DNA of 36,911 nucleotides from a virus (Duplodnaviria; Heunggongvirae; Uroviricota; Caudoviricetes): IMG/VR virus record IMGVR_UViG_2531839667_000007; one strand, 5' to 3'. Shown piece by piece: positions 7,576 to 16,137 of this stretch (position 1 is its first letter; each line of letters starts with the position of its first letter). The notes under the pieces were generated by a model. It saw only the letters and a program-made list of their open reading frames with translations, ran no database searches and was not told where the DNA came from. The position numbers and the translations under genes were made by a program.

Positions 7576-7848
7576 ATGGCGCACAAAACCAAATTTCACA
7601 ATTCTGATACCGACCTTGCCATCCGGCATGGGCGGCGTTCACACGCATTTAAAACCGACTGGTACCAACACCCACCATGTACTGAAGAACAGGCCGAATG
7701 GCTAATTCATAACTACCGCAGACGCGGATACGAGATTAAGAAAGCCCTCAGCCTCGATTATCGTCACTGGATAATCTATGTCAGGCTCCCTTATTCCGAA
7801 CGCCCACCGCGCCCATCCCGCACATACCAGCAACGGATCTGGAGGTAA
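7576..7848 (+). CDS. hypothetical nin-region protein (90 aa)
   Basis: Track ORF; stop TAA 7846-7848 immediately precedes GTG of next gene. Confidence 0.5.
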   Translation: MAHKTKFHNSDTDLAIRHGRRSHAFKTDWYQHPPCTEEQAEWLIHNYRRRGYEIKKALSLDYRHWIIYVRLPYSERPPRPSRTYQQRIWR

Positions 7849-7849
7849 C

Positions 7850-8899
7850 GTGCGGATATTACTTCGACCTGTTCTGGTACCGGAACTCGGGCTTGTGGTC
7901 CTTAGGCCGGGCTGTGAATCCATGCAAGTATTTCATAACCCTCGAGTGCTGGTGGAGCCTGAACCGAAAAGCATGCGCGGTCTGCCGTCCGGAGTCGTCC
8001 CTGCCGTTCGCCAGCCGCTGGCGGAGGATAAATCATTACTGCCATTTTTCAGCGATGAGCGTGTGATTCGTGCTGCTGGCGGCGCTGGCGCACTGTCTGA
8101 CTGGCTCCTGCGTCATGTTAAATCCTGCCAGTGGCCTCATGGAGACTATCACCACAGTGAAACCGTCATACATCGTTACGGTACCGGCGCAATGGTGTTG
8201 TGCTGGCACTGCGACAACCAGCTGCGCGACCAGACATCCGAATCACTCGGGCAGCTTGCTCAACAAAATCTGACAGCCTGGATGATTGACGTCATACGTC
8301 ACGCAATAAGTGGTGCACAGGAACGGGAATTATCGCTGGCTGAATTATCCTGGTGGGCGCTCTGCAATCAGGTAGCGGACGCACTACCGGAGGCAGTATT
8401 ACATCGTTCTCTGGGGTTACGCGCGGAAAAAATCCACTCAGTATACCGCGAGAGTGACATCATACCGGGAGAACAGACAGCCATCAGCATACTGAAGCAG
8501 CGCACAAAAAATTTTGCGCCGTTGCCTCACGCCCACCAGCAACAGAACCCACCACAGGAAAAGACGGTGGTCAGCATTGCCGTTGATCCGGAGTCACCGG
8601 AATCATTCATGAAGCGGCCTAAACGTCGCCGCTGGGTGAATGAGAAATACACGCGCTGGGTAAAGACACAGCCGTGTACATGTTGTGGTAAGCCAGCAGA
8701 CGATCCCCATCACCTGATTGGTCACGGTCAGGGCGGAATGGGGACAAAATCTCACGATATTTTCACGCTACCGCTGTGTCGGGAGCATCACAACGAGCTT
8801 CATGCGGATCCGCTGGCGTTCGAAGAAAAGCATGGTTCTCAGGTTGATTTAATTTTTCGTTTTCTTGATCACGCCTTTGCAACTGGCGTGCTTGGGTAA
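7850..8899 (+). CDS. DUF968-like prophage protein with C-terminal HNH-like Cys/His motif
   Basis: GTG start 5 nt after GGAGG and 1 nt after upstream stop; C-terminus CTCCGKPADDPHHLIGHGQGG...CREHHNELH; family name from recall. Confidence 0.6.
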   Translation: MRILLRPVLVPELGLVVLRPGCESMQVFHNPRVLVEPEPKSMRGLPSGVVPAVRQPLAEDKSLLPFFSDERVIRAAGGAGALSDWLLRHVKSCQWPHGDYHHSETVIHRYGTGAMVLCWHCDNQLRDQTSESLGQLAQQNLTAWMIDVIRHAISGAQERELSLAELSWWALCNQVADALPEAVLHRSLGLRAEKIHSVYRESDIIPGEQTAISILKQRTKNFAPLPHAHQQQNPPQEKTVVSIAVDPESPESFMKRPKRRRWVNEKYTRWVKTQPCTCCGKPADDPHHLIGHGQGGMGTKSHDIFTLPLCREHHNELHADPLAFEEKHGSQVDLIFRFLDHAFATGVLG

Positions 8900-8911
8900 A
8901 AGAGGTGACTG

Positions 8912-9271
8912 ATGCTCATAGATTTGGTTTTACCTTACCCGCCGACGGTGAACACTTACTGGCGACGCCGTGGCAGCACATATTTTATCTCGGAGGAGGG
9001 AAAGCGTTATCGCCGGGCTGTGGCGCTTATTGTTCGCCAGCAGCGGCTGAAATTAAGCCTGTCCGGAACGCTGGCGATAAAGGTGATTGCAGAGCCACCG
9101 GATAAGCGTCGTCGCGACCTGGACAACATTCTGAAAGCACCGCTGGATGCGCTGACGCATGCGGGAGTGCTCATTGATGACGAGCAGTTTGATGAAATCA
9201 ATATTGTACGTGGTCAGCCAGTATCTGGTGGACGGCTGGGTGTGAAGATTTACAAAATTGAGAGTGAGTGA
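8912..9271 (+). CDS. rusA: RusA Holliday junction resolvase
   Basis: 119 aa, MLIDLVLPYPPTVNTYWRRRG... and RRRDLDN motif typical of RusA; AGAGGTGA SD. Confidence 0.85.
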   Translation: MLIDLVLPYPPTVNTYWRRRGSTYFISEEGKRYRRAVALIVRQQRLKLSLSGTLAIKVIAEPPDKRRRDLDNILKAPLDALTHAGVLIDDEQFDEINIVRGQPVSGGRLGVKIYKIESE

Positions 9272-9279
9272 GCGTAAAT

Positions 9280-9831
9280 ATGATATATCCGGAAATTACA
9301 GGCAAAAGCGGCGAACATTTACGCCTGAACACGCTGGAAGCAGTCTGGATCCAGGGGAAATTACGGATGTGGGGGCGGTGGTCGTATATCGGTGGGGGTA
9401 AATCCGGAAATATGTTTAACCGGTTACTGGTTTCGAAAAAGCTGACGAAAACAGCAGTTAATGAGGTTTTACGCAGAATGAAGAAATCCGGGCTGGAAAA
9501 ACCGGAACTTGAGGCATTTTTTCGGGATATGACAAGAGGAAAGCAGAAGAGCTGGTTGTCACATTGTACAGACACAGAGGCGTTGATTATTGATCGCGTT
9601 ATCAGTGAGGTGCTTGGGGAATATCCCGGGCTAATCAATGTTCTCCGGCAAAGGTACGAAGGACGGGGAATGAGCAAACTGAACATGGCCGAAAGGTTAA
9701 ATGCAGATCATCCTGATTGGTCGTTGGTTACGTGCAGACGCCGAATTGATCAATGGTTGGGGGTATCTGAATTTATGTTATATGCCCCCATGCGCATGGC
9801 TTTTGTTACAGAGAAAAATGTTGCAAACTGA
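9280..9831 (+). CDS. late-gene antiterminator Q (Q21/DLP12-type), alternative GTG start at 9268
   Basis: Position after rusA and before a strong terminator and the late genes; W-G-x-W segment; family from recall and context. Confidence 0.6.
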   Translation: MIYPEITGKSGEHLRLNTLEAVWIQGKLRMWGRWSYIGGGKSGNMFNRLLVSKKLTKTAVNEVLRRMKKSGLEKPELEAFFRDMTRGKQKSWLSHCTDTEALIIDRVISEVLGEYPGLINVLRQRYEGRGMSKLNMAERLNADHPDWSLVTCRRRIDQWLGVSEFMLYAPMRMAFVTEKNVAN

Positions 9832-9910
9832 TCAATAAACTGCTTCAATCCGTATAAGCTTCGCAAAGCTGTATCGCGAGGCGAAACGCAAGTTTTTTTC
9901 GCACAAGGAA

Positions 9911-9933
9911 GCCACCGGAAGGTGGTTTTTTTG
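9911..9933 (+). terminator. rho-independent terminator, candidate tR'
   Basis: CCACC-GGAA-GGTGG hairpin followed by TTTTTTT, about 80 bp after Q. Confidence 0.6.
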
Positions 9934-10055
9934 TGTCCGCGATATACAGTAGCGCAATAAATTCGCTGGTGGTTATTAATACCGTTCTTTCAGCTTGCTG
10001 GCTTTTTCGACAAGAGTTATTGGTGTGTCACGTTAACCGGAAAAGGGAAAAAGAC

Positions 10056-10253
10056 ATGCTAAAACAGCAGGATATGACAGAAACCGCCAGAGTGGTGTTT
10101 AATGAATTAAGCGTTACCGAACCGGCGACAGTCGGGGAGATAGCGCAGAATACTTACCTTTCACGCGAACGCTGCCAGTTAATACTGACCCAGCTGGTTA
10201 TGGCGGGTCTGGCAGACTATCAGTTCGGTTGTTACAGACGCCTTCCGCAGTGA
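10056..10253 (+). CDS. small winged-helix protein, PapI/FaeA-like (65 aa)
   Basis: ATG with AAGGGA SD; segment TVGEIAQNTYLSRERCQLILTQLVMAGL resembles PapI/FaeA HTH; tentative. Confidence 0.45.
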   Translation: MLKQQDMTETARVVFNELSVTEPATVGEIAQNTYLSRERCQLILTQLVMAGLADYQFGCYRRLPQ

Positions 10254-10267
10254 AGGCTTTTTTATTT
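10240..10267 (+). terminator. rho-independent terminator overlapping the small gene stop
   Basis: GCCTTC-CGCAGT-GAAGGC hairpin followed by TTTTTTATTT. Confidence 0.5.
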
Positions 10268-10403
10268 GTGGTAAATGGGCGGCTGGTGGGTGTTAGGGGC
10301 ACCCACCAGCCATCTGCTCATGCGTTGGGTTCACAAGCAAACCTCAGGCCCACTGCTTTGCGCAAAAGCAGAATGAGCCTATCAGAGACAGGCTTAATGA
10401 TCC

Positions 10404-11453
10404 ATGCTTAATACTGTAAAAATATCCAGTTGTGAGTTAATCAACGCCGACTGCCTGGAATTTATCCGGTCGTTACCCGAAAATTCTGTTGACCTGATAG
10501 TCACGGACCCGCCGTACTTTAAAGTGAAGCCTGAGGGCTGGGATAACCAGTGGAAGGGCGACGATGATTACCTGAAGTGGCTGGACCAGTGTCTGGCGCA
10601 GTTCTGGCGGGTGCTGAAACCTGCCGGAAGTCTTTACCTGTTCTGTGGTCATCGCCTGGCATCTGATATCGAAATCATGATGCGTGAACGCTTCAGTGTG
10701 CTGAACCATATTATCTGGGCGAAGCCGTCCGGACGCTGGAACGGATGCAACAAGGAAAGCCTGCGGGCGTATTTCCCCGCCACAGAGCGCATTCTGTTCG
10801 CGGAACATTATCAGGGGCCGTATCGCCCGAAAGATGCCGGGTATGAGGCGAAGGGCAGGGAACTGAAACAGCATGTGATGGCCCAGCTGATTTCTTACTT
10901 TCGTGATGCACGCGCGGCCCTGGGGATAACGGCAAAACAGATTGCAGATGCCACAGGAAAGAAAAACATGGTGTCGCACTGGTTCAGTGCCAGTCAGTGG
11001 CAGCTACCGAACGAAAGCGATTATCTGAAATTACAGTCGCTGTTTGCCCGGGTGGCAGAAGAGAAACATCAGCGGGGAGAACTGGAAAAGTCCCATTACC
11101 AACTGGTCAGCACATACAGTGAGCTGAACCGGCAGTATATGGAACTGCTGAGTGAATATAAAAATTTGCGGAGGTATTTCGGTGTGACGGTGCAGGTGCC
11201 GTACACCGATGTGTGGACGTATAAACCGGTGCAGTACTATCCAGGGAAACATCCGTGCGAAAAACCGGCAGAAATGCTGCAGCAGATAATCAGCGCAAGT
11301 AGTCGTCCTGGTGATCTGGTTGCGGATTTTTTCATGGGGTCGGGTTCAACGGTAAAAGCGGCGATGGCACTGGGGCGTCGTGCGATTGGTGTTGAGCTGG
11401 AGACCGGACGTTTTGAGCAGACAGTCAGGGAAGTTCAGGATTTAATCGTTTGA
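10404..11453 (+). CDS. orphan DNA methyltransferase, amino-MTase beta class (N6-adenine or N4-cytosine)
   Basis: 349 aa; VTDPPYF motif near N-terminus and DFFMGSGST motif near C-terminus; no restriction enzyme gene adjacent. Confidence 0.85.
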   Translation: MLNTVKISSCELINADCLEFIRSLPENSVDLIVTDPPYFKVKPEGWDNQWKGDDDYLKWLDQCLAQFWRVLKPAGSLYLFCGHRLASDIEIMMRERFSVLNHIIWAKPSGRWNGCNKESLRAYFPATERILFAEHYQGPYRPKDAGYEAKGRELKQHVMAQLISYFRDARAALGITAKQIADATGKKNMVSHWFSASQWQLPNESDYLKLQSLFARVAEEKHQRGELEKSHYQLVSTYSELNRQYMELLSEYKNLRRYFGVTVQVPYTDVWTYKPVQYYPGKHPCEKPAEMLQQIISASSRPGDLVADFFMGSGSTVKAAMALGRRAIGVELETGRFEQTVREVQDLIV

Positions 11454-11502
11454 AACGGATGAGATTGCAGAATTAATTACGCACCATTATTATTCTGCTC
11501 CC

Positions 11503-11578
11503 GGCCCTTTAGCTCAGTGGTGAGAGCGAGCGACTCATAATCGCCAGGTCGCTGGTTCAAATCCAGCAAGGGCCACCA
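11503..11578 (+). tRNA. tRNA with anticodon CAT (Met or lysidine-dependent Ile2; ileZ-like)
   Basis: Manual cloverleaf: acceptor GGCCCTT/AAGGGCC, loop CTCATAA, T-loop TTCAAAT, encoded CCA. Confidence 0.8.
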
Positions 11579-11585
11579 TCACATA

Positions 11586-11662
11586 CCGCCATTAGCTCAT
11601 CAGGAAAGAGCGCCAGCTTTCGAAGCTGGTTGCGCGGAGTTCGGGTCCCCGAAGGCGGTCCA
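11586..11662 (+). tRNA. tRNA-Arg-like (anticodon TCG), atypical with stem mismatches
   Basis: Manual fold: anticodon stem CCAGC/GCTGG with loop TTTCGAA; one mismatch each in acceptor and T stems; C at position 1. Confidence 0.45.
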
Positions 11663-11675
11663 TTATCTGTATCCT

Positions 11676-11752
11676 GCGTTGTTAGCTCAGCCGGACAGAG
11701 CAATTGCCTTCTAAGCAATCGGTCACTGGTTCGAATCCAGTACAACGCGCCA
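11676..11752 (+). tRNA. tRNA-Arg (anticodon TCT, reads AGA)
   Basis: Manual cloverleaf: acceptor GCGTTGT/ACAACGC, anticodon stem ATTGC/GCAAT with loop CTTCTAA, T-loop TTCGAAT, encoded CCA. Confidence 0.8.
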
Positions 11753-11768
11753 CACTTATTTTCCCTGG

Positions 11769-11793
11769 CTCGCTTTTGCGGGCTTTTTTTTTA
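11769..11793 (+). terminator. hairpin plus T9 run after the tRNA cluster
   Basis: GCTCGC-TTTT-GCGGGC (one G-U pair) followed by TTTTTTTTT. Confidence 0.45.
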
Positions 11794-12043
11794 AATGTCT
11801 CACAATTCAGGCGGTTGACTGTTGTCTGGTTTGCGGGGAGTTTGTTAAAAGAAACTGGCATGGTGAATCCCCCTGTGCGGAGGGGCAATCAGCGAGTAGG
11901 TATATGGGATAATCGCGGATTCAGGTGCTGGTACTGAATTCACCGGGAGGCACCCGGCACCATGCAATGGCACATAGCGCCACTCTCCAGCCCCTCTCCG
12001 GAGGGGCTGTTTATATTGATTTTGTCAGATGTGAGTAAACTCC

Positions 12044-12379
12044 TTATGGACTTTGCTGTTTTAGTCCATAAGGACATATTTGCAGAGTGCAACGGTTATT
12101 AAAGCATTCATTCAATACGTTATCTGTATTTGTAGGGCATTCCTGGCTGTTTTTGATTAAATTCCAGAATGTTTTATTGAATGGTACTACGTTGTAAATG
12201 GTTACAGGTAGCACTTTGTTATTGAGCATGATACCTGTGTGAGTCAGTGTAAATATACTTTCAGGAGGTAAGAAAGCATCCGATTGATACCAGATTATTA
12301 ATTTTATTTTACTCCATATGACTGAAAAAGATATTCCGCATGATGGCTGGATAACTGTATCAATCACAATCCACTTCAT
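12044..12379 (-). CDS. hypothetical cargo (moron) protein, AT-rich, opposite strand to late genes (111 aa)
   Basis: Track ORF; ATG preceded by AAGGAA at 6 nt; AT-rich unlike flanks; family not recognised. Confidence 0.5.
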   Translation of the reverse strand: MKWIVIDTVIQPSCGISFSVIWSKIKLIIWYQSDAFLPPESIFTLTHTGIMLNNKVLPVTIYNVVPFNKTFWNLIKNSQECPTNTDNVLNECFNNRCTLQICPYGLKQQSP

Positions 12380-12630
12380 TTAGTTTCCTTGTTTATGCCT
12401 TGCTGGTGTTGTTCTGAAAAGTATAAATGATAATTTTGAATGTAAACCATAGGGCAGAATTATTTTTCTGATGTTGTTTATTATTTATTTAAATGCAGGG
12501 TGGTTTATACCTCGTCTTGTAGTTTATCCATGCATATCTGCTTTATGATGAGGTTTTTATTTAAGGTGTGGTTTTGTGTATTACATGTCAGGTATCTTAA
12601 AGAATTATTTTTTAGATGGTGGAAAGAACC

Positions 12631-12849
12631 ATGGCATTTAAACACTATGATGTTGTCAAGGCGGCGTCGCCGTCAGAGCTTGCGGAAAAGCTGACACACA
12701 AACTGAAAGAGGGCTGGCAGCCGTTTGGTAGTCCGGTGGCCATAACCCCTTATACCCTGATGCAGGCGATTGCCGCGGAGGGGGATGTGACCACGCCAGT
12801 GGTTGTGCCCGGCACGGGGGATGGTGGCCAACGGACGGGAAATCAGTGA
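12631..12849 (+). CDS. DUF1737-like small late protein (72 aa from MAFKHYDVV; alternative ATG 12616)
   Basis: Track ORF 12616..12849; family name from recall of lambdoid prophage late regions. Confidence 0.55.
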   Translation: MAFKHYDVVKAASPSELAEKLTHKLKEGWQPFGSPVAITPYTLMQAIAAEGDVTTPVVVPGTGDGGQRTGNQ

Positions 12850-13499
12850 CAACGCTGCTTTATTACCGTGCAACAGAGTCAGGTGGTTTACTGAATCCGC
12901 AGGGATGGGGAGCTGAAGGAGGGCGTGCATTGGTAGTTGATGATGCAGGTGCTGCAGGAGGTAAGGCGCTGAGGTGGACCAAACAGACAGGAAGTTCCTC
13001 GTGGTTTATGCAGCATGATGCCGGTAATGGCGCAGACCTGCTGGAGAAGGGCGGGCTTATCAGTTGTCGTTTTAAAGTTGATGGCATACTGACAGCTAAT
13101 CAGTACGCACTGGCGCTGTACTGGCCGGTTTCTTCACTGCCTCAGGGCGTCACACTGGAAGGTAATGCCGGTCATAACCTGCTGGCGTCGTTTTACGTAC
13201 AGAGCGATGCCACAGACCTTAATGTGATGTACTACAAGGGAAATGCTGGTCAGAACACGAAGCTGGGGTCATTCGGCGCATTTGATAACGAATGGCATAC
13301 GCTGGGCTTCCGTTTTGCCGGTAACAACAGTATTGAGGTGACGCCGGTCATTGATGGTAAGGACGGGACGCCGTTCATGCTGTCACAGTCACCGGTCGGC
13401 ACGTTTACGGCAGACAAATTGCGCGTGACCGATATCACTAGCGGTGCGACATATCCGGTGCTGATTGAAAGTATAACAGTGGAAGTGAATAACCCGTAA
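12846..13499 (+). CDS. hypothetical late protein (217 aa; possibly DUF826-like)
   Basis: GTG start overlapping upstream stop (GTGA); C-terminal half has a degraded second copy at 14045-14340. Confidence 0.6.
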   Translation: MTTLLYYRATESGGLLNPQGWGAEGGRALVVDDAGAAGGKALRWTKQTGSSSWFMQHDAGNGADLLEKGGLISCRFKVDGILTANQYALALYWPVSSLPQGVTLEGNAGHNLLASFYVQSDATDLNVMYYKGNAGQNTKLGSFGAFDNEWHTLGFRFAGNNSIEVTPVIDGKDGTPFMLSQSPVGTFTADKLRVTDITSGATYPVLIESITVEVNNP

Positions 13500-13646
13500 G
13501 CAGGAAAAAAAGGCCGCCGGGGCAGGGAAAACAAGGAGCCAGAACCGGCGGCAAATGTCGTTATATCCAAAGCAAAACATGCAGGACACTTTTTTAACCA
13601 ACAGGTATTAACGATGTCAACACCATATCAATAACCGGGAGGGATA

Positions 13647-13829
13647 ATGAGATTTGTACAGCTTATTTTATTGTATTTCTGCACGGTGGTGTGCACGTTA
13701 TATCTGGTAAGTGGCGGGTATAAGGTTATCCGGAACTATATACGCAAAAAGATTGATGCCGCGGCGGCGGAAAAAATCAGCGCCAGCCAGTCAGCCGGAA
13801 CAAAACCCGAAGAGCCTCTCATTTCGTAG
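13647..13829 (+). CDS. small predicted membrane protein (60 aa)
   Basis: Track ORF; ATG 4 nt after CCGGGAGGG; hydrophobic N-terminus FVQLILLYFCTVVCTLYLV. Confidence 0.4.
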   Translation: MRFVQLILLYFCTVVCTLYLVSGGYKVIRNYIRKKIDAAAAEKISASQSAGTKPEEPLIS

Positions 13830-13866
13830 CAACTTTCTTAACAACACCTTTCAACGAGAAAATCCC

Positions 13867-14058
13867 ATGTCAGAAATAAAATCTCTGGTCACTGCTGAAG
13901 CAGTGAAGGACGTCCTGCGCTCTGAAGAAGTCAGAAGCGCACTGAAACAGCAACTCCGCCAGAATCTTGAGGCGCGTCTTGATGCTGAAGTGGATGCCAT
14001 TCTGGATGAGCTGCTGGGGGGATCCGTTCCTGATGTCGTACTTCACTCAGACCACTGA
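13867..14058 (+). CDS. small hypothetical protein (63 aa, MSEIKSLVTAEAVKDVLRSEEVRSALKQ...)
   Basis: Internal ATG of track ORF 13711..14058; weak SD. Confidence 0.4.
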   Translation: MSEIKSLVTAEAVKDVLRSEEVRSALKQQLRQNLEARLDAEVDAILDELLGGSVPDVVLHSDH

Positions 14059-14340
14059 CGGCAGAGTGAATCTGATGCATCACAGGAAAGCCGGAAACAC
14101 GAAGCTGGGGGAGTTCGGCGATTACGGTAACGACTGGCAGACGCTGGAGCTGGTGTTCACCGCCGGCAGTGCCACGGTTACTCCGAAACTGAATGGAGTG
14201 GCTGGCCGGCATTCCAGGTTATAAAAGACAGTCTGACACTGGGACTGAATGCGCTGACGCTGACGGATGTTACAAAAAATGCAGCGTATGGCGTTGAGAT
14301 AGAAAGTCTGGTGCTGGAGATAAATGCACCGGCAGCATAA
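14045..14340 (+). pseudogene. frameshifted 3' fragment of a paralogue of the 12846-13499 gene
   Basis: One frame gives ...KAGNTKLGEFGDYGNDWQTLELVFTAGSATVTPKLNG, matching the C-terminal half of the 12846 protein; homology continues in another frame (...YGVEIESLVLEINAPAA) after a shift near 14200-14215. Confidence 0.5.
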
Positions 14341-14493
14341 TAAAAAAAGCCAGCGACTGACCTGAAAGAAGACGCTGGCTAAAAGGCCTTATATGTTTGT
14401 AGAGACTTATTTTTCACAGACAGCAATGATGCCTGTCAATATATTATCAATATGCGTGTTCTTGCCCCCTTATTTTCAGACAGGGGTTGTATC

Positions 14494-15375
14494 TTAAGTT
14501 AACATTACCCGCTGACGTCGATATTCTCGCGGAGAGCGATAACCCAACGCACTATGCGGATGGTTTTCATTGTAATGCTCGATCGCCACTGCAAGGTTAT
14601 GCAATGCCGTTCTTACATTTGGTTTCGGCATGAACGCGATGTAGTCTTCCTTCATCGTTTTCACGAACCGTTCTGCCATTCCATTACTCTGGGGGCTACT
14701 GATTGCCGTTGTGCAGGGCTTCAGATTCAGCTCTCTGGCGAACTGCCGTGTTTCATGCGCTCTGTACGCTGAACCGTTATCTGTCAGCCACTGGATGGAC
14801 TGTTCCGGTACTTTATCGCCAAAGCGTTTTTCTATCGCTCCTAACATCACATCCTGCACTGTCGCTTTATCGTAACCTCCCGTGCTTGCGGCCCAGTCTA
14901 TGGCTTCACGATCGCAACAGTCCAGGACGAACGTAACACGCAGTTTTTCGCCATCATCGCAACCGAACTCAAAGCCATCAGAACACCAACGCTGGTCGCT
15001 TTCCTTCACCGATATTCGGCCTTTATGTTCCCGCTGCCGTCGTGATGGTTTGTCATGTAACAACAACAGGCTATTTTCGCTCATTATCCGGTAAACGCGC
15101 TTTGCATTCACGAACGGTAGTCCTTCATTTCGGGACTGCCGCCTGAGTATCGCCCAGACACGGCGATACCCGTATGCTGGCATATCGCCAATGATATCCA
15201 GGATGCGCGATAAGACTTCTGCATCCGCAGCCTCATCGCGCCTCTGACGCCGTTTATCTGGCTTGTTATCAGATGCCTTCATCCTTAATGTTAACTGCGC
15301 ACGTGACACGCCCAGAACACGGCTTACCGGGGCTATTCCTTGTCCGAAGGTAACAAGGGCACATGCGCTATCCAT
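14494..15375 (-). CDS. IS3-family transposase OrfB (DDE domain, IS2 InsD-like)
   Basis: 293 aa; similar along its length to IS2 InsD as recalled ([29 protein letters not shown]). Confidence 0.9.
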   Translation of the reverse strand: MDSACALVTFGQGIAPVSRVLGVSRAQLTLRMKASDNKPDKRRQRRDEAADAEVLSRILDIIGDMPAYGYRRVWAILRRQSRNEGLPFVNAKRVYRIMSENSLLLLHDKPSRRQREHKGRISVKESDQRWCSDGFEFGCDDGEKLRVTFVLDCCDREAIDWAASTGGYDKATVQDVMLGAIEKRFGDKVPEQSIQWLTDNGSAYRAHETRQFARELNLKPCTTAISSPQSNGMAERFVKTMKEDYIAFMPKPNVRTALHNLAVAIEHYNENHPHSALGYRSPREYRRQRVMLT

Positions 15376-15701
15376 TTTCGCGATTGTGCATACTCCACCG
15401 CTTCTTTGAGGATCTCAACTTCCATGGTTTTCTTACCCAGTAAACGCTGAAGCTGATTAATCTGCTTTATTGCAGCGGCCAGTTCAGAAGCAGGAACAAC
15501 GTCTTCACCGGCAGCCACAGCAGTGAGGCTTCCTTCCTGATATTGTTTCTTCCACTTAAACAACAGACTGGGCTGAATTCCATGCAAACGCGCCACGTGG
15601 GACACCGTCATGCCCGGCTCCATAGTCTGTTGAATAATTGCGATTTTTTCCTGAGGTGTTTTACGTTTACGCACCTCTTTTCCTAACAAAACGCCAGCCA
15701 T
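15333..15701 (-). CDS. IS3-family transposase OrfA (HTH, IS2 InsC-like); alternative starts at 15728 or 15761
   Basis: Track ORF 15333..15761; [52 protein letters not shown] matches IS2 InsC; overlaps OrfB by 43 nt. Confidence 0.85.
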   Translation of the reverse strand: MAGVLLGKEVRKRKTPQEKIAIIQQTMEPGMTVSHVARLHGIQPSLLFKWKKQYQEGSLTAVAAGEDVVPASELAAAIKQINQLQRLLGKKTMEVEILKEAVEYAQSRKWIAHVPLLPSDKE

Positions 15702-16137
15702 CTCAAAATTAGAACTAGTGTTAGACATATATCCAAGCCTATCTCTTATTTTAAGATACATCTACTGTCTGGTATTTCAGGGGGCCAGCTCAATATTATC
15801 AATATGCGGACTGTTTCAGTTACAGATGCTTTATTAAGGAAAAAAACAGCCAGCACTGACTTTCGGTGGAGAGGTGCTGGCTCAAAAGGATAGTTGTATA
15901 CAAGATGATACTTATGCCTAGCGGTATATTTTCTGACAGACAGTGACGGATGTTGTCAAGATATTGTGTCATTTATAACCTGAATCAGGGGGGAGCCGGA
16001 ATGTTATCTGGCATTTTTAGCAGAGCCTGAATGCCATAATCACGGCTCCCGGAGTTGGCCGTCAGTGGGTGACACTGGCGGCTTTTTGTTTTCCTTTACT
16101 TTCATTTTCTGTCGGCGGTGACGGAGACATACATCAG

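Larger units (their letters stand above)
14457..15793 (-). mobile_element. IS3-family insertion sequence, IS2 group (about 1337 bp)
   Basis: Two overlapping transposase ORFs resembling IS2 InsC/InsD; imperfect terminal inverted repeats TGTTCTTGCCCCCTTATTTTCAGACA (left) and TGAGCTGGCCCCCTGAAATACCAGACA (right, reverse complement). Confidence 0.85.

Noticed and set aside
11557-11937. Track ORFs 11557..11745, 11682..11888 and 11704..11937
   Set aside because: They overlap the three tRNA genes and the terminator; no SD; spurious
11760-14456. Shiga toxin or other AB5 toxin genes at the Q-tRNA-lysis site
   Set aside because: No ORF pair resembling a toxin A subunit with a short B subunit; the site holds a DUF1737-like gene, a duplicated late ORF and one unknown opposite-strand gene
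14442-15808. 15-bp direct repeat flanking the IS as a canonical target-site duplication
   Set aside because: Too long for an IS2-group element and embedded in larger imperfect repeats on both sides; more likely pre-existing repeated sequence or a recombination joint
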